A stretch of DNA of 63,381 bases, filler included, from Asterionella formosa (Eukaryota), in the NCBI GenBank assembly GCA_002256025.1. It is 7 parts of 7 records of this genome, joined end to end, with 100 filler letters (N's around TTAATTAATTAA, not from the genome) between each part and the next. Parts side by side here need not be neighbours in the genome. Positions count along the whole stretch, not along the records: positions 27,354 to 54,566 come from NKIB01001568.1; 6 more parts are not named here. The stretch is one strand, 5' to 3'. Shown piece by piece: positions 36,661 to 50,300 of this stretch. The notes under the pieces were generated by a model, which ran no database searches, had not been told where the DNA came from, and saw only the letters and a program-made list of their open reading frames with translations. A program made the translations under genes and the position numbers. Positions within the stretch are counted from its first letter, which is position 1. The number at the start of each line of letters is the position of its first letter.

Positions 36661-37767
36661 AATCTTATGGTTGCAGCGCCGCAGTTACACAGTACATGGT
36701 CGATATACTTCCAAAATATTTATATGATGTACCTCAATTCACATATTATGACAACTAAATAACATAATAAAGTTTAAGTTAGCTTTCACCAATACCACCA
36801 CTTTCCATATCATGGTTAGATACAGTCATTGGTCGACTAAGTGTATGTTCTATCCTCACACATGGTAAGGAACTCATTTCTGGCAAGAAGTTGCAGTTAT
36901 CCCTCTAGGAATTTTAATTATCCCAAAAAATGGGCCACCAACCATAGTTAAGACAAAAATTTACGAGGGATAACTGTACCTACTCGTCAGAAGATAACTC
37001 CTGACACTTTAGGTTACATGGCTATGTATTTTAATCTTCATCAAACCCGCTAATGTAATAGAGCAATCTTCCTCCAACATTCGATCCAATCGGCTTCTTC
37101 AAAAAATTTACGTGAAGGAGCGCAATCATAGACATAGGAGTCTTGTGTAGGTATAATGCTTGCCGGCATAATTCTCTGTCCGCAAAGACTCCATGGTAAA
37201 TTCTGCATCACCACAAATATTCTGATTGGTTGAATTGAGTTTATTCACCTGCTCCAGATTTGCTGGAGTCTCCTTGCTCCCAGTCTTGTAAAATCACGCT
37301 AGACACACTTGAACCACATGAATTCTATGTATCAGTAATGAATCAGTACCAGGTACCGGTACTAGTGAAAATCATGTCTCCCACCATCATGAACCAAGAT
37401 TAAGTGCTCGTGATTTACATATGCCTCTGGGCGTATAGTAATATTCAATCTACATTCAGCAACTTAGATTCAAAATAAACGCATAAATATCATTGTGTTT
37501 TTGGACAAGAACAATGGGGAATGGCTTAGTGGTTAGCACACCTTGAAGAGCGATACATACAGAACATTGATCTTCCTCATTTGGAGTCCATGTTGTTTGA
37601 GTATCTGTATTATTTTTGTTTGCACCTTTGATGAAATCTAAAATGTAGACTTGGGTGGTTCTCAAAGTAGACTTACAAAGAAAATATTTTTCCACCACTT
37701 ATGCAGAATTCGAAAAAACATTTATTTTTACATCCAAATTAACGCTACATGCGATCTTTTGAGACGA

Positions 37768-38928
37768 CTAAGTCGATTTGGTTTTATCCTCGTGTTTCGC
37801 CACAAAATTATATGCATTTGAAATCACTTTATCCAACCGCTTGGCATCATATTGATCATTCATTCCCTTTGACGGAAGATACACTTGATCAGTCTCTGTA
37901 GTATAAAGCGAATCCTCTAACGAAACCATGCCTTCATCCGAGTAGCTGTTGTCAGCTTGTGGTGATGGGGGAGTACCATCCAAGCGAGACGAGCTTCGTG
38001 GCGAAGCTCCAGTCATTGGGGTGCTGCCGACAGCAACGTGCGAAATACCGTTGCTACTTCTTGCGTTCCGAAGTCGTCGCTGCCACACTAGTATGGCAAA
38101 AGCAGCCACGAAAACTGCACATCCAATCGTCAATCCAGCTATCAACCAAGCACTGGTTCCTGACCCATTACTCGCATTCGAAGGGACTGCAACATTTGTA
38201 ACTCCAGAATTCTTGCCACCAGCGTTCGAAATAAATTCTCCATTAGTGCTTACTTCGAGATTCGACACAGTAAAATTATCCCGAGCTAAACTCTGTATCA
38301 AATCATCGTCCCCCCAAAAGCTGAAGTAAGTAATAAGCTTTTCTGCGAGTCGCTCGCCCGTAGGTGCAGGGTTCGTGTCTACATGAAAAAACGCTGATCC
38401 CTCAATCGTTGCATTAACCTTGCTATTCGAAACGCTTGTCCGCTGAACGTTGCCACTGCCGACTTTCGTTGAAACCTGCAAGTCCACTTCCGCCAAATCT
38501 CCCAAGGTTCGAGCTTGCGACGTGATGACTTCAATCATAAAGTTGCGTAAGTTAGATTCCAGAACAGCTTGCTCAAAGTACCCGTTAATATCAAAATCAA
38601 TCTGCAGGACTGGAATCATGACTTCAGACAAACCCAGAGATGGCTTCATGGACGGGGTAAGGGATGGCGTCACCGGGTTCCCACTGGGAGACGTAGACGG
38701 CGATCCCGTTGGAGCATGGGTCGATGGATACGCACTGGTAGTTGGGTAGAAAGAAGGAATAGACGTCGGTATCACACTGGGAATAGCTGTTACGGATGGA
38801 AAAAACGAAATTGTTGGAGTTGAACTGCGAGAGGGTGCAGGCGTGATCCTTTGCCCTCCTGCTTGGATTCCGTCAATCCAAAACAGGATAGCTGCAGCGA
38901 TCAGCAGTCCACTCCTCACTCTCCTCAT
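37768..38928 (-). CDS. Type I membrane protein with signal peptide and Pro/Ser/Thr-rich mucin-like stalk
   Basis: MRRVRSGLLIAAAILFWIDGIQA signal peptide; PS/PT repeats; transmembrane segment LIAGLTIGCAVFVAAFAILVW followed by basic QRRLR. Confidence 0.85.
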   Translation of the reverse strand: MRRVRSGLLIAAAILFWIDGIQAGGQRITPAPSRSSTPTISFFPSVTAIPSVIPTSIPSFYPTTSAYPSTHAPTGSPSTSPSGNPVTPSLTPSMKPSLGLSEVMIPVLQIDFDINGYFEQAVLESNLRNFMIEVITSQARTLGDLAEVDLQVSTKVGSGNVQRTSVSNSKVNATIEGSAFFHVDTNPAPTGERLAEKLITYFSFWGDDDLIQSLARDNFTVSNLEVSTNGEFISNAGGKNSGVTNVAVPSNASNGSGTSAWLIAGLTIGCAVFVAAFAILVWQRRLRNARSSNGISHVAVGSTPMTGASPRSSSRLDGTPPSPQADNSYSDEGMVSLEDSLYTTETDQVYLPSKGMNDQYDAKRLDKVISNAYNFVAKHEDKTKST

Positions 38929-39230
38929 TTTGGTGGTTGTTGCTTCTCTGATTGCTTGGATATTGCAACTTTCTTCCTCTGACTCCAACTTGAGATCTCA
39001 TTATGTCAAATATGTCATCGTAGTGCTATGTACCGGTAGATGTATAGATGTGGTTGGGCGTCCTACCGTGGTCGAGCACTTGTGAGGAGCACCATGTATT
39101 CATCACTCACTCGTGCAAAATATGCCTAATCGTCCGTTGAGGGTGTGTCAAGTTCGAACAAACGGCATACGTATACGAATAGAAATCAAATGCATATACC
39201 GGGTGGAGGTAACCAGGTGCCGATACTCCA

Positions 39231-39350
39231 CTCCCTCTGTCCAATATTTGTTGCATTGATTCGCCGGCACCACTAGTGTTCTTTCCGATCTGCATTTAGA
39301 ATAGATAACCAGTTTCTACGTGAAGGTAGGCTTACTCGAAAAAATGCGTT
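39231..39350 (-). mobile_element. Truncated end of the Stowaway-like family
   Basis: ctccctctgtccaata..gttgcat...tttctacgtga...gcttactcgaaaaa matches the reverse complement of 33270-33392. Confidence 0.65.
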
Positions 39351-39374
39351 TTAATGACTTAGATTGATATGAAC

Positions 39375-42300
39375 ATACGGGTACACCTGTTTCTATAATT
39401 AAATAATTAGCATCGAAATTAATCATGGAAAAAGATATTTCATCCCCTCTTTTTGATAAACCTACATAAATCCTTCAAATAAACCACCATTATTTTTTGC
39501 CACCCGAATCTTAGTTGGCTCAATGACACTGCCACAACGGCTGCTACACAAATGCATGCACACAACATTGTGTTCGAATTGACTCTGATGCATCAACCAA
39601 AGCTGTCAGAACCTATTGGGGACAATACAGAGAAGGGAGAGGGAGATGAAATTTTATCCCACAAAAGTCTAATGGATTAAGTCACATTTGATTCTCGAGA
39701 AAATGCTTAGAAAATGTTACCAATTATTCTTAAAAGGATATGGACGTGTTTCTGAAGTTATACAGATGCAGCAACAGTAGATGAATTATCTTCAGATGCT
39801 ATCATGGAGAAGTCTATTATGATAACCGCCTTGATCTGGCTGATGCAACTTGGCAAACTCCTGACAGATTGCCCTCTCAAGGCCAGAGCCACAAACAGCA
39901 CAACGACAAAGTTGTGAAATTTTAAAGGCAAAACTGTTCCAGACCACAACCATGAAATCACTGAACATGTTGCTGGGTAGCCGTTGGCAGCAAGAAGATT
40001 GACAGAGGAGGGGGGGCAGGGGGAGAAGGCGATTGTCCAAGATATGGCCAAAGCTGGGGTAACCAGCTCGCAAATCCAGACTCACTTGAAGTTCACGCAC
40101 AACAAGCAATCAACTAACTACAGCAAGAGAAATTTCGAATGAGAAAGCAGCTACCAGGAAAGAATTTCTCAATGGGAGAACCCCAGTACAAGCACTCTTT
40201 GATTTGATTTCCTCAGCTGGTGGATATACTTTTAAAGTGAAACTGGGCAATAATGGCAATTTTAAAGCATTGTTTTTCTCGAAGGAAAGCATTTTGGTTT
40301 TCTCATGCAGGTTCAAATATGTGTTTATGATGGATTGTACCTGCAAAACAAATCGATTTGGGATGCCGTTACTGAACATTGTTGGGATCACTTCCACCTT
40401 CAAAACATTCAATGCTGGTTTTGCTTTTATGTCTACCGAAAAAGAAGAAGAATTTCAATGGGCTCTTGAAGTAATTGGGTCTATTGTAGAGCCTAAACTT
40501 TTAATCACAGACCAAGAGTTTGCACTGATGAATGCAATTAATAGAGTTTTCCCCAATTGCATACATTTGCTATGCATTTGGCATATCAGCACCAATATTT
40601 TCACAACACAAGGACAGATAAATGGGACTCTGAGGAAAGATTCAAAAACTTTTTATGTCCGACTGGAATTCTCTTCTTTATTCTGGGAAACAATTTGACT
40701 TCAAGCGTGAATGGCAGGACTTCCAGGATAAGTACTACTCCTTTGTAATACATTCATTGGATTATATTGCCAGAACTTGGATTTCCATAAAGGCAAAATT
40801 TGTGTCATGTAGGGCAGATAAACACCTTCATCTTGGGTCGGTTACCACTTCTAGAATTGAATGCAACCATGATATTTTGAAGAATTATCTCAAACATATC
40901 AATTATGACTTGCTTCTGTCTATTCAAAAGATAAACACAATGCTTGACAACCAGCCAAGTCACTGAGATTAATGCTTGATAGGGAAAGATACAATGCAGA
41001 TAGCCCACTGGCATGCATGCTAACCCAATGATTGCTGCGTTGACTCGAGAAATGTCGCAATATGCCATAGATTTGTTGATGGTGGAATTTGAAGCTACCA
41101 AGAATGTTGAAAACCCAATTTGCGACTGCAAAGTCAGCGCAAAATATGGTATCCCATGTAGGCATGATACTATCTACAACAAAAGGCAGATTTCCGGCCG
41201 GAACATTCCAAAGCACCGATTTTCATGAGCATTGGATGCTTCAGCACGATACTCCACCCTCATTAGCCAATGTCTCCTCCTCTCCACAACAAAAAAGTCT
41301 GAATTCAATCTAAGAGACCCTATATTTGGTAGATACTGATCAAGTTCCCGTTTTATTGCAAAGACTTGAGGAAGCCACTTCTCCTCAACCGCTGCATATG
41401 CTTTCCAATCCAGTGGCCAGTGTAGTTAGAAAGCGTGGACGTCCTCCAGGCTCTAAAAACCGTTCTAATCAACGAGATAAGTCAAGATGTGAATATGTCA
41501 GTGGAAATCAGTGTGGTAATCGTTGGGTGAATGGGCACAATTCACTTACCTGTCCCAAATGAACAAATAAACTTACTTTTAGTAAATCAATTATGAATTC
41601 AATGCACTCTGAACTACTCTTTGCATGCTATTCATTGTTATAGAAAGACTCAACAGGAATATACCTGGTGCTTTATTGAATATTATGATCAATATATTGT
41701 AAGTTAGGAGCAAAGAAACTATCTTTGCACAATACCTGTTGATGCCACTAACGCCCATCAGCCAATAGTATTAATTAAAAATTATCAATCAAATCTTTCA
41801 GTACGTTAAAGCTATCCAAAAAATGAATAAATGGACACAATTAGTACCGGTTTTTATTCGTCCATACAGTACAACGGGACCTATCTTTTCGTCAGCTACA
41901 CACCCCGGAACCCTAGGGACTACATGAAAACGACAGGTGGAGAATGCAGAAATCGAACATACCACCTCATCAGGTGTGCTAAGCACTAAGCCATTCCCGA
42001 AAACGCCTATCAGTAGTATTGAGCAATGATCTGTTTTCTTCAGCAGCAGTTCGTGCTAAAAGTCAAATTCATTTAAGTGTTCAAGAGAGTAATTGAGGTC
42101 TAGACTAGCTATAAGAAGTTGCTGATACACTGTGTGATTTGGGTTGGTTATATTTGAAAAAAATGGTCTCCAAACAGGATTTCCTAAGCATGGAAAAGTT
42201 GCCGAAGCAATTGAGATTCGATCCACTGCCTTGGGACCGACTCATCCATTTGTGCTACAAATTCAGCGACTTTTGATAATTTTCCAATTTGCTACACCTG

Positions 42301-42870
42301 CACCTCGATCGTCTTTTTCCAAGTCGAGCCAATCCATGAAGAACTTCCCGCCAGCCCCAGAGATACCACAATTCGACATGAAAACACAGAGTGACTTGTC
42401 GACTATTCCTACTAGTCAATCTCTGAGGTCGATTCAAAGTGCTCGAAGCAGATCATTAGTAGTGACAATACCTGAATTGGACAATTGTACGATGCCGCCA
42501 TTCAATCGGCCTTCATGACACAAATTGCTTAGAAATTTCGCGCTTGACTGCAGCTGCGATGTCTCCTGACGTTGTAATTCCAGATTTACTACATTCACCA
42601 CCACTTGCCAGTTGTGCATTGATATGCAGCCCTCGTGATCGACCAGCACCATGATGTTGTGTACATGCGTTTGTGTTGTAGCCATCATGGCAACATTGTC
42701 GAGCTAACTGAGATTTGGGTGGCAAAAAAAATCGGTGGTTCTTTCTATGAAGGCTATTATGAAATCTAGGGTTAAAGGGTTTATCAAAAAGAGGCGGAAG
42801 AAATATCTTTTTCCTAAATTAATCGAAACCAATCTAACATATATTTTTACATTGGGAACATAGTACATGT
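39375..42870 (+). mobile_element. Degenerate Mutator-like element (MULE) with ~200-bp TIRs
   Basis: 39400-39575 (ggaaaaagatatttc..cctctttttgataaacc...ttttttgccaccc.aatct.agtt) is the inverse of 42650-42840. MULE transposase remnant inside. Outer boundaries are approximate. Confidence 0.75.
39690..41562 (+). pseudogene. MULE transposase pseudogene
   Basis: HNHE, MDCTCKTNRFGMPLLNIVG, LITDQEFALMNAI..VFP..HLLCIWHI, HLGSVTTSRIE, SWIM-like CDC...YGIPCRH, AT-hook KRGRP and zinc-knuckle GHNSLTCP. Several frameshifts and stops. Confidence 0.9.
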
Positions 42871-44732
42871 ATACCAGTTTATCATGCAATGCTAATGCGT
42901 TGATTTTGCAAGGATCATTTATTCATCATCATCACGAGCGATATGTAGAATGGTTGCGATATGGAATATTTTCAATCGCTTCAATATCTCTTCACAATCG
43001 TCGTTATGAGAAAATTGCCAGCCAAGAATTTGCAGGAAATCGATGCAAGCATGTCAGTTTCAATCATTAATAACATGACATAAATTATATTTATAAAATT
43101 AGTGTTGCTTAACGCTGTATCTGCAGCGATACACACAGATACACATTTCGGAGCAACAAAAAAGTGTTGCTGGAAGCAACAGATCTCCCGGATGTGTGAG
43201 ATGCAAAAAATTGGCAACATTTTTTTGATTTTTGTATCTCTGTTAAGATTGGCCCTTATTGCTGTGGTTTGCTCTCCTCCGTTTGTAGCATTTGAGGCAA
43301 GCAATCATGGTATTCTTTCAGGCACCATAATATAAGACATGGCCTTAATTAAAAATTCATTAGTAATCTGTATGATATAAAATACTTGCAGTATTTTGTT
43401 GGTAGTATATGATGAATGGACCATTTTATGTATTTACTGGATAGGCTGCTAGTACGGTCATTGGCTACTACAAAATACAGCATATCTTATATAAATCTGA
43501 TCGTGATTCTATGTAGCAAATAGTATCCTTACTGCGGTAGTGCAGGCAGTCGCACGGATTTAATATATTGATAGTCTGATGGTGCAATTTTGGTTTCTCG
43601 AAATTATAGTGGTGCAATTGGTGGCGCAATTGTGGTACAAATGCCAAGTGGCAGTTGAATTTACAAATACTTTTCTCTTTTTCAACCCTGTTTGGGAAAA
43701 GTCCAGTAGTCTGATAAAAATATTATGCATTTGTCATTATACTCGTCCTACATCACAGGCAATGTGCTGACAAGAACATATAGGTTTTCCAGGAGAATTT
43801 TAATTTTGAACATGTTGTTGAGTTAACTCCCCTCCATCCTGGTGCTACTACAGGTACCGGTATCATCACACCGGTAGTCTGAAAAATAAAGACTTCCCCT
43901 AACCCTTATGTAATTAGAAGTTCGTTTGCTGCTTAAGTTTAAGCAAAACATCAGTTTCCTGCTCAAGTTAAAAGTTTCCTTGGTGGGAAGGCTGGTGTGC
44001 ATGCATTTTACCCTGCCGGCCCATCATGCATACATACGATTTTAAAGAGTGAATTGATGACCTTCTCTACCGGGTATGTAATCAAATGCTTGTCCCACGT
44101 CACATTATCAATTTCAGCAAAATGACCCCAACTTGCATGTGCTGTACTCTACATGCATTTACATAACAGGTAGGAGTACCTGGTTTACATACACATAAAA
44201 ATAAGAAGCTGAGACGAACACGACCACGAGGAGGAGGTGACTGAATAATGTGCAAATCTTGAATTCTTTTGTTTTGAATGTGTATACCTGTGCCGGTAAT
44301 TTACTGGTAGATATAGATATCGATGTTGTATGTATGCAAATTAATTTGCCTATCACGTGGGAGGGCATGGTCGCCTCGTTGCGGCTCAGTATGATACGTG
44401 CCGGTATACCGATTACGTGGAGTAGAGGGTACCTTGTCCTCCTCGTTGGGAGGTAACACGTGTGATCTGTCCCGAATTGGAAATTTCATCCTGTTACCTG
44501 GGGGTACCGGAGTACCTGGTACCACTACTGCGTTGCAGAACTATAAGGTAATCTTACACTGAACCCATCGTAGCCGTATTACTGGGCGCTAGCAGCGCAG
44601 CTATATATTTTTACGGATGTCCTGTGTATGTGTTGTTATGTGCGTTCTCGTACTGCTGTTCGTTTTGAAATTGAACTGCATGCTTATAGTTTCTTTCATA
44701 GAGTTTCACTCTCCTCTCTTCGTTTGCTCATC

Positions 44733-45879
44733 ATGACCAGCAATAAAACGATAGGAAATGACGACTCTAATTCTAAATTACCGCGAAGAACAAGAAGCCT
44801 AGTGTGGTATGCAATGGCTGGGCTATCGGTCATTGCAATTCTCTTGATGAACAATGACGAGACGATTGTCGACACTAATTCCCCTGTGGAAGGTGAAATT
44901 GTCATGGAACACGGCATGGTTGGAGTCATGACTCCAAATACGCCGAAACCTATCCAACAGATTTCGATTCTTGGAGAGCGAAATTCAGGAACGAGATGGC
45001 TCTACAGGTATGCGTTGTTTTGATTTGAAATTTTGTTTTGTTGATGTTAGTACTTGCTGACATTGCTGTCGTCATTCAAAGCCACATTGGAGATTGTTTC
45101 AATCAAACTCTTGGAGTAAGTATGAAGGTGTCAACAGAAGATAAACGCAACACATTATAACCCAAAACGAATTTCCATAACTCACGCCTTTCTTATAATT
45201 CTCTCGTCAGGTGAAGCGGTATTTGACTCGCTATAAGCACTGGTTTCAGCACAAGAATGCCACAAAATACCCGCACGATACCCTCGTCATTGCTCAATTT
45301 CGTAACCCCTATGATTGGTTTGAAGCAATGCGAAATGTACCACACCATTCTCCTGAACACATTGAATTGAAATGGAAAGAGTTTCTGACGAAACCGTGGA
45401 CAATGGACAGAATCGGACTCGATCTCAACTTGACTGACGATGCTGTGTGCCAAGAAGATTTCAAGTTCCGCGACATTCGCTCATGTGTGCTTGAACCCTT
45501 GCCAAAAGAGAAATACAAGAAGCTTAGATATTCTGAGAATCAGCCCTTTTATGAAATGAAACAAGATGGATCTGGGAAGCCGTTTGCCAATATAATGGAA
45601 ATGCGATCTGCTAAAATTCGCAACTTCTTGGACATTCGACAGCATGTTGGAATAGCCGATGTTTGGACAGTTCAATATGAATTTCTCTTATCGAAGGGAA
45701 CGAATCACTTGTTAGAAAAGATTGAGGAATGGACTGGCGTGAAGCGAGCCTGCAAAGCGTATCCTGCTCAACTTCGACGAAAACGTCCACTTTCGCGAAC
45801 TTTTGCACGGTTCCTCAACAAGGAACTTGACTGGAGTGCAGAGGGCTTAATAGGTTATACGCAAGAAATAGTAGAATGA
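44733..45879 (+). CDS. Type II membrane sulfotransferase-like protein. Exons 44733-45007, 45082-45115, 45211-45879 (325 aa)
   Basis: N-terminal transmembrane anchor; PAPS-loop-like ILGERNSGTRWL, YKHWF and FRNPYDW. Two GT-AG introns with CTGAC/CTCAC branch sites join in frame. Confidence 0.8.
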
Positions 45880-47017
45880 AGGTGCTGTAGATGGATACTG
45901 CAAACTGTCAGAATGAAACATGCCGACCTGAATCAGCAGTGTGTGGACCTTGTAGATATTACAGTCTCTGTGATAAGGGAAATCTATGTTTGTAGCGTTG
46001 TTGCAATTTATAAAAACAAAGCCTTCATCATTCTAATTATCTGTACACTAGGATATCAAACCTACCAGTGGATAGCTTGAAGTTGCACCAGGATCTTGTG
46101 CTTTGAGTTAATGATTGGCAAACTTATAGACTGTACCCATTTGCCCTGATGTAGTTATTGCTCATACCATAACCATTGGGCCAATATTGACTTAAGCATC
46201 ATGCCACATGTGGCAGCATGAGAGAAAACTTATCAACCATAGGTGCAAACCAATATCCTGGTAACGGAATTGCATCCTTCCAACCCTTGTCAACTCAATG
46301 GCCAGCATTGTCACTGACACGGGACGACCGTGTGTGCTCAGTAAAGCAGTGTACAGATCCTTCAAGACTCCATAATGTATTCGTTTCTTGTTAAAAAAGC
46401 AAAATTAATTTGAACACCTGAAAAAGAATATATTATAATAGATATTATTATTAGTTCGCTATTAACCTTAAAAGGATTATCCTTCAACTGTAATGAGTTT
46501 CGTTAATGACTTATTGGGTCCGTATCAAGGTCCACCTTGTATGATGAACGAGTCCAACATACCACTGACAAAAACCAAACAATGGCATCAGAAAAAATCA
46601 ATGACTGCTTGTGAAAGCCAAGGGACATAAGAGACAAATCAAGAATGACTTGTGGAGAAATCCAAGCAAAGGACACTTTGATAGGCGAAATTCAAGCAAT
46701 GGCATAAGAGAGAGCAATCAAGGACTAGTAATAGTGAAAGCCAAATGACATGAGTGACAAATCAAGAGCTATAACCTGCAAAAGCCAAGAAATAGTTTAA
46801 GATAATCAAGTAACATCAACAAATGCTACAAAGTGACAATCATAAGCTAAGGACTCAGCAGAAACACAACCAATCCAGAAAACTCAACCAGAGTGAGGCC
46901 AAAAAGTAAATCTTTCAGCCAATCAACACTCACAGCAGTACAATTCTCCGACTTTCATGAATATTGCATTCATAGAAAACAATTCAAGATCAGCGCTAGT
47001 ACTACAACTGTTTTGAA

Positions 47018-47383
47018 GGGAATGGCTTAGTGGTTTAGCACATTGCCTTTGATCTGAGGTTATGAGGCTTGATTCCCGCTATTTTTTTGATAACCAATTG
47101 CTGGGTTCGACTCCCAGCACAATCCTTACCGTCCTGCATGGTGGTCTTGCCTGGTGTGCCAAAAAAAGTGTGCCCCCCTCCCTACAAGCAGCTTGTGTCG
47201 CCTTCCTAGGCGGTCGGAGTTTCCCCTCTGTGGCTAAGACATTCACCTTCGAGAAAGGTGGTTGGGGGACTCACCTGCGCTAACAAAACTAGGGAAGCGC
47301 AGGTCTTGTTGGCAGGTAAATGCTTGCCTTGAAAGAGGGGAGAACAAATGGGCTATAAAACATACTAACTTTACAACTTTTTT
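47018..47383 (+). mobile_element. tRNA-derived SINE-like unit or Pol III structured RNA
   Basis: A-box TGGCTTAGTGG (47023-47033), degenerate B-box (47066-47076), canonical GGTTCGACTCC in a hairpin (47100-47118) and several further hairpins. A truncated head copy lies at 37516-37540. Confidence 0.55.
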
Positions 47384-50300
47384 CACCACCACCCCATCTA
47401 ATATGGGCCATGGAGCGCAACAATGGCAAGCTAGTAAGAAGGCGCTATAAAGATGATTTGTGTATATTGATTGTAATTATAATGAAAAGCATTAACATTT
47501 GTTTGCTTAACATTGCCATCATAGTAATCATTGGCCTTCACGAAATCTGCCTGGCTCCTTTCTCCTTTCCTACCACCACCACCATGTCATACAATCCCTA
47601 TGGCGGTTCAAGGGGCCGGCCATATGAATACACAACTGAGAAGGAGCATTACTTTTGCGACAGACTAGGACATTGGATTTTTGGTTCCATTCAAGTTCAT
47701 ATGATGATCCATAGTGTGCAGAGTGCAATTATAGTTGCTGCTGGGTTTGAAATTCAACACAGGTTCGCATGGAGCTAGCAGTATGGAGGAAAAGAAATAT
47801 CGAGATACAGCTGAAGTGATTTTTCGAATTCTAGCTAGATGAGACCTTGAGGAGGATATGTGAGATCATAGCAACTGTAAATCACAATTGCGATGTGCCA
47901 AGGGGCACTAGAAAAAAGACGAGCATGGCAAGTGATAACTTATGAAGAGAGTGGCAGGAGATCAGGAACAAGCTTTTTTGCAACACTATCATATCGAATT
48001 GACCAAGATTTACACAAACTTTCGAATGGAGAATTTTTGAAGGATGCATACTTCCAATTTTTGTGCAACATTTAACAGAAAAAATTCCAGAAGGAATATC
48101 CAAGCTGTCAAATCATAATTGATGGAGCAGATTTACCGGGTAAATATACCAGTCGACTCACTAGCTAGTATCATGGTTGGTCCAAGTCCTTCCATACAAT
48201 GGGAATACAGCAAGGACCTGACTTTGTGCTATTTGTCGGCTTAGCATAAAGATTTGTCGGAAGAATTTACAATTAGTACCAGCAGATGCATGTCAAATAA
48301 GACATTGCTGTAGCTCATATTAGTCGATTTGAGATGCAGCTCGTAGATCAAGGAGGGAAGAAGAGACAGAAGAAGGATGGAATAGGTAGGAAAAATATTA
48401 AAACACTGTAATGAAAATGATTATTCATTTCCAAACAAGAAGCCTAGTACCATGACGGATAAGTCAATGCTCAATTTCCAAGCAGCATAAAGTCGAAAGG
48501 GGAAAACTGATGAGATTGTTGCTCATCTTGACTTGTATGAGAGGTTCAAACAGAGACTCTCTGAAGACATATATTATGCGGCCATATTGAATTACTTTGA
48601 TAATTTGCTTACCTTCCCTAAAAACTTATGATGCTGAGAGTATACAAGTGTTATCACTGACAAAAGTGTCATCAGGGAAACAATTGTTTTGGGAAATGAT
48701 GCTTCTCCTGTTGAGGCTACCTTCATCACTCCAAAAAATAAAACACCAATTTTCTCTTTTATTTGTGATGATGACTGACATGACTTTCAAGGAATTGGTG
48801 GTATCTGCAGCCAGTGAGTGCCAAGTCCTCAATAGTGAACTCCTTTGCATTGATTGCAGTCAATTTAACTGTTCCATTTGCCGTGATGGGATGCGAAATC
48901 TTCAAAACATTTGGTGTTGTGGTGCATGTTTTTCTCTGCACAGCTCCAATGTGCAGGAACCAATTAGGCATAAATACCCCTGAATATAGTTCACTATATA
49001 GTTACTTAATTCATTATTTAGTTATCTTGCTAAATTATCTATTTAACGGACTTGGCTACTAGTAGGTCTTTCTCAAATCAACGATTTGCTGGTGGTAAGC
49101 ACTTTCTGGGTGCCTTCATCCGAAATCAAAATTCGCACACACGAAAGTCTTTCCAGCAAATCTTTGGATTGAGGAAGTTTGTAATTCGTCTGCTCTGACC
49201 AATGGAATTGAAAACTAGAACAAAAGTAAAAAGATTTAAATGACGAATCTGTGATGAACTATTTATTTATCTTAAATAGAAATGATGAACATGGTGTCAC
49301 CAGCAAACTATGAACCATGGAGTAAGTTGCTTTATAGTATGTGCGCTTTAAGGGCTTACTGATACCTGACCCACTCATGAACGATTGTTTGTTACCTCAT
49401 CATGATTCTCATGACCATTACCATGCTGCTGCTGTACTAGTTCAACAATCGTCCTTTCACATAAACCCAACATTGTTGGTCAATACCAAAAGGTAAGCGT
49501 TACATTTGGATATTAGAAATCTTCTGGATGATGAGACCTTGACAGCAGGCAGGGTTAAGGCGAACTATTGACGATAGTCGGAACAATCCTTGTTGGTGTA
49601 GGTTAATTGGTGTTTTTGCTGTGTTACCATTGTTCAAAGCTTCAACTAACTCTCCCTCTTCAGCATGCATCTCTGTTAGTAGGCTGTGATTCCGTAGCGA
49701 GCGACTGCATGGACGGGGTTGATGATGAATGGAAAAGGAAGAGGATAATGCGAACATGATTTGATTGCACCCAAGAAACGATGAGCATGTGCTGGGGAAT
49801 TTCCTGCTGGCCCGATTTGGGAGGTGCTGCTGGAGAGTAGTGTTGCAGCCGAAGTGAGATTTTTTGGTCTTTTCTGTGGGATCAAAAAAGGATTATACAT
49901 CCAACAATCTACAAATCGACCTATTCACCCTCAGCCTTACAAACTCATGAGAATGTAGGATGATACATAGATGCTCTAGACAATTTGTGGCATTACTGTT
50001 AGCATAAGCAACATCAACCTATAATTGACTAGCAACTTAGCTAGTAAGCTAGAATGTTGGCCTCAGTATCCATGTTTCATTAGTGTTATATTTACTCATC
50101 CGATACAACCATTGTTGTTAATGGTGATTGGCAAGCATGATGCATGATTGTCGCCTTATCCATCATGTGCAAGTAAGAGGGGCATCCAATTAGTACCAGT
50201 CACTACAAAAGAATCTATAAAATTATTTGTCATTTTACTATAGGAAAAGATAGACAACAATATCCTTTTTAAAACATTCACTCCTACTACATATTTCCGA

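Noticed and set aside
47018..47085. Functional tRNA-Gln(TTG)
   Set aside because: Acceptor, anticodon and T stems do not pair properly and the T-loop is degenerate.
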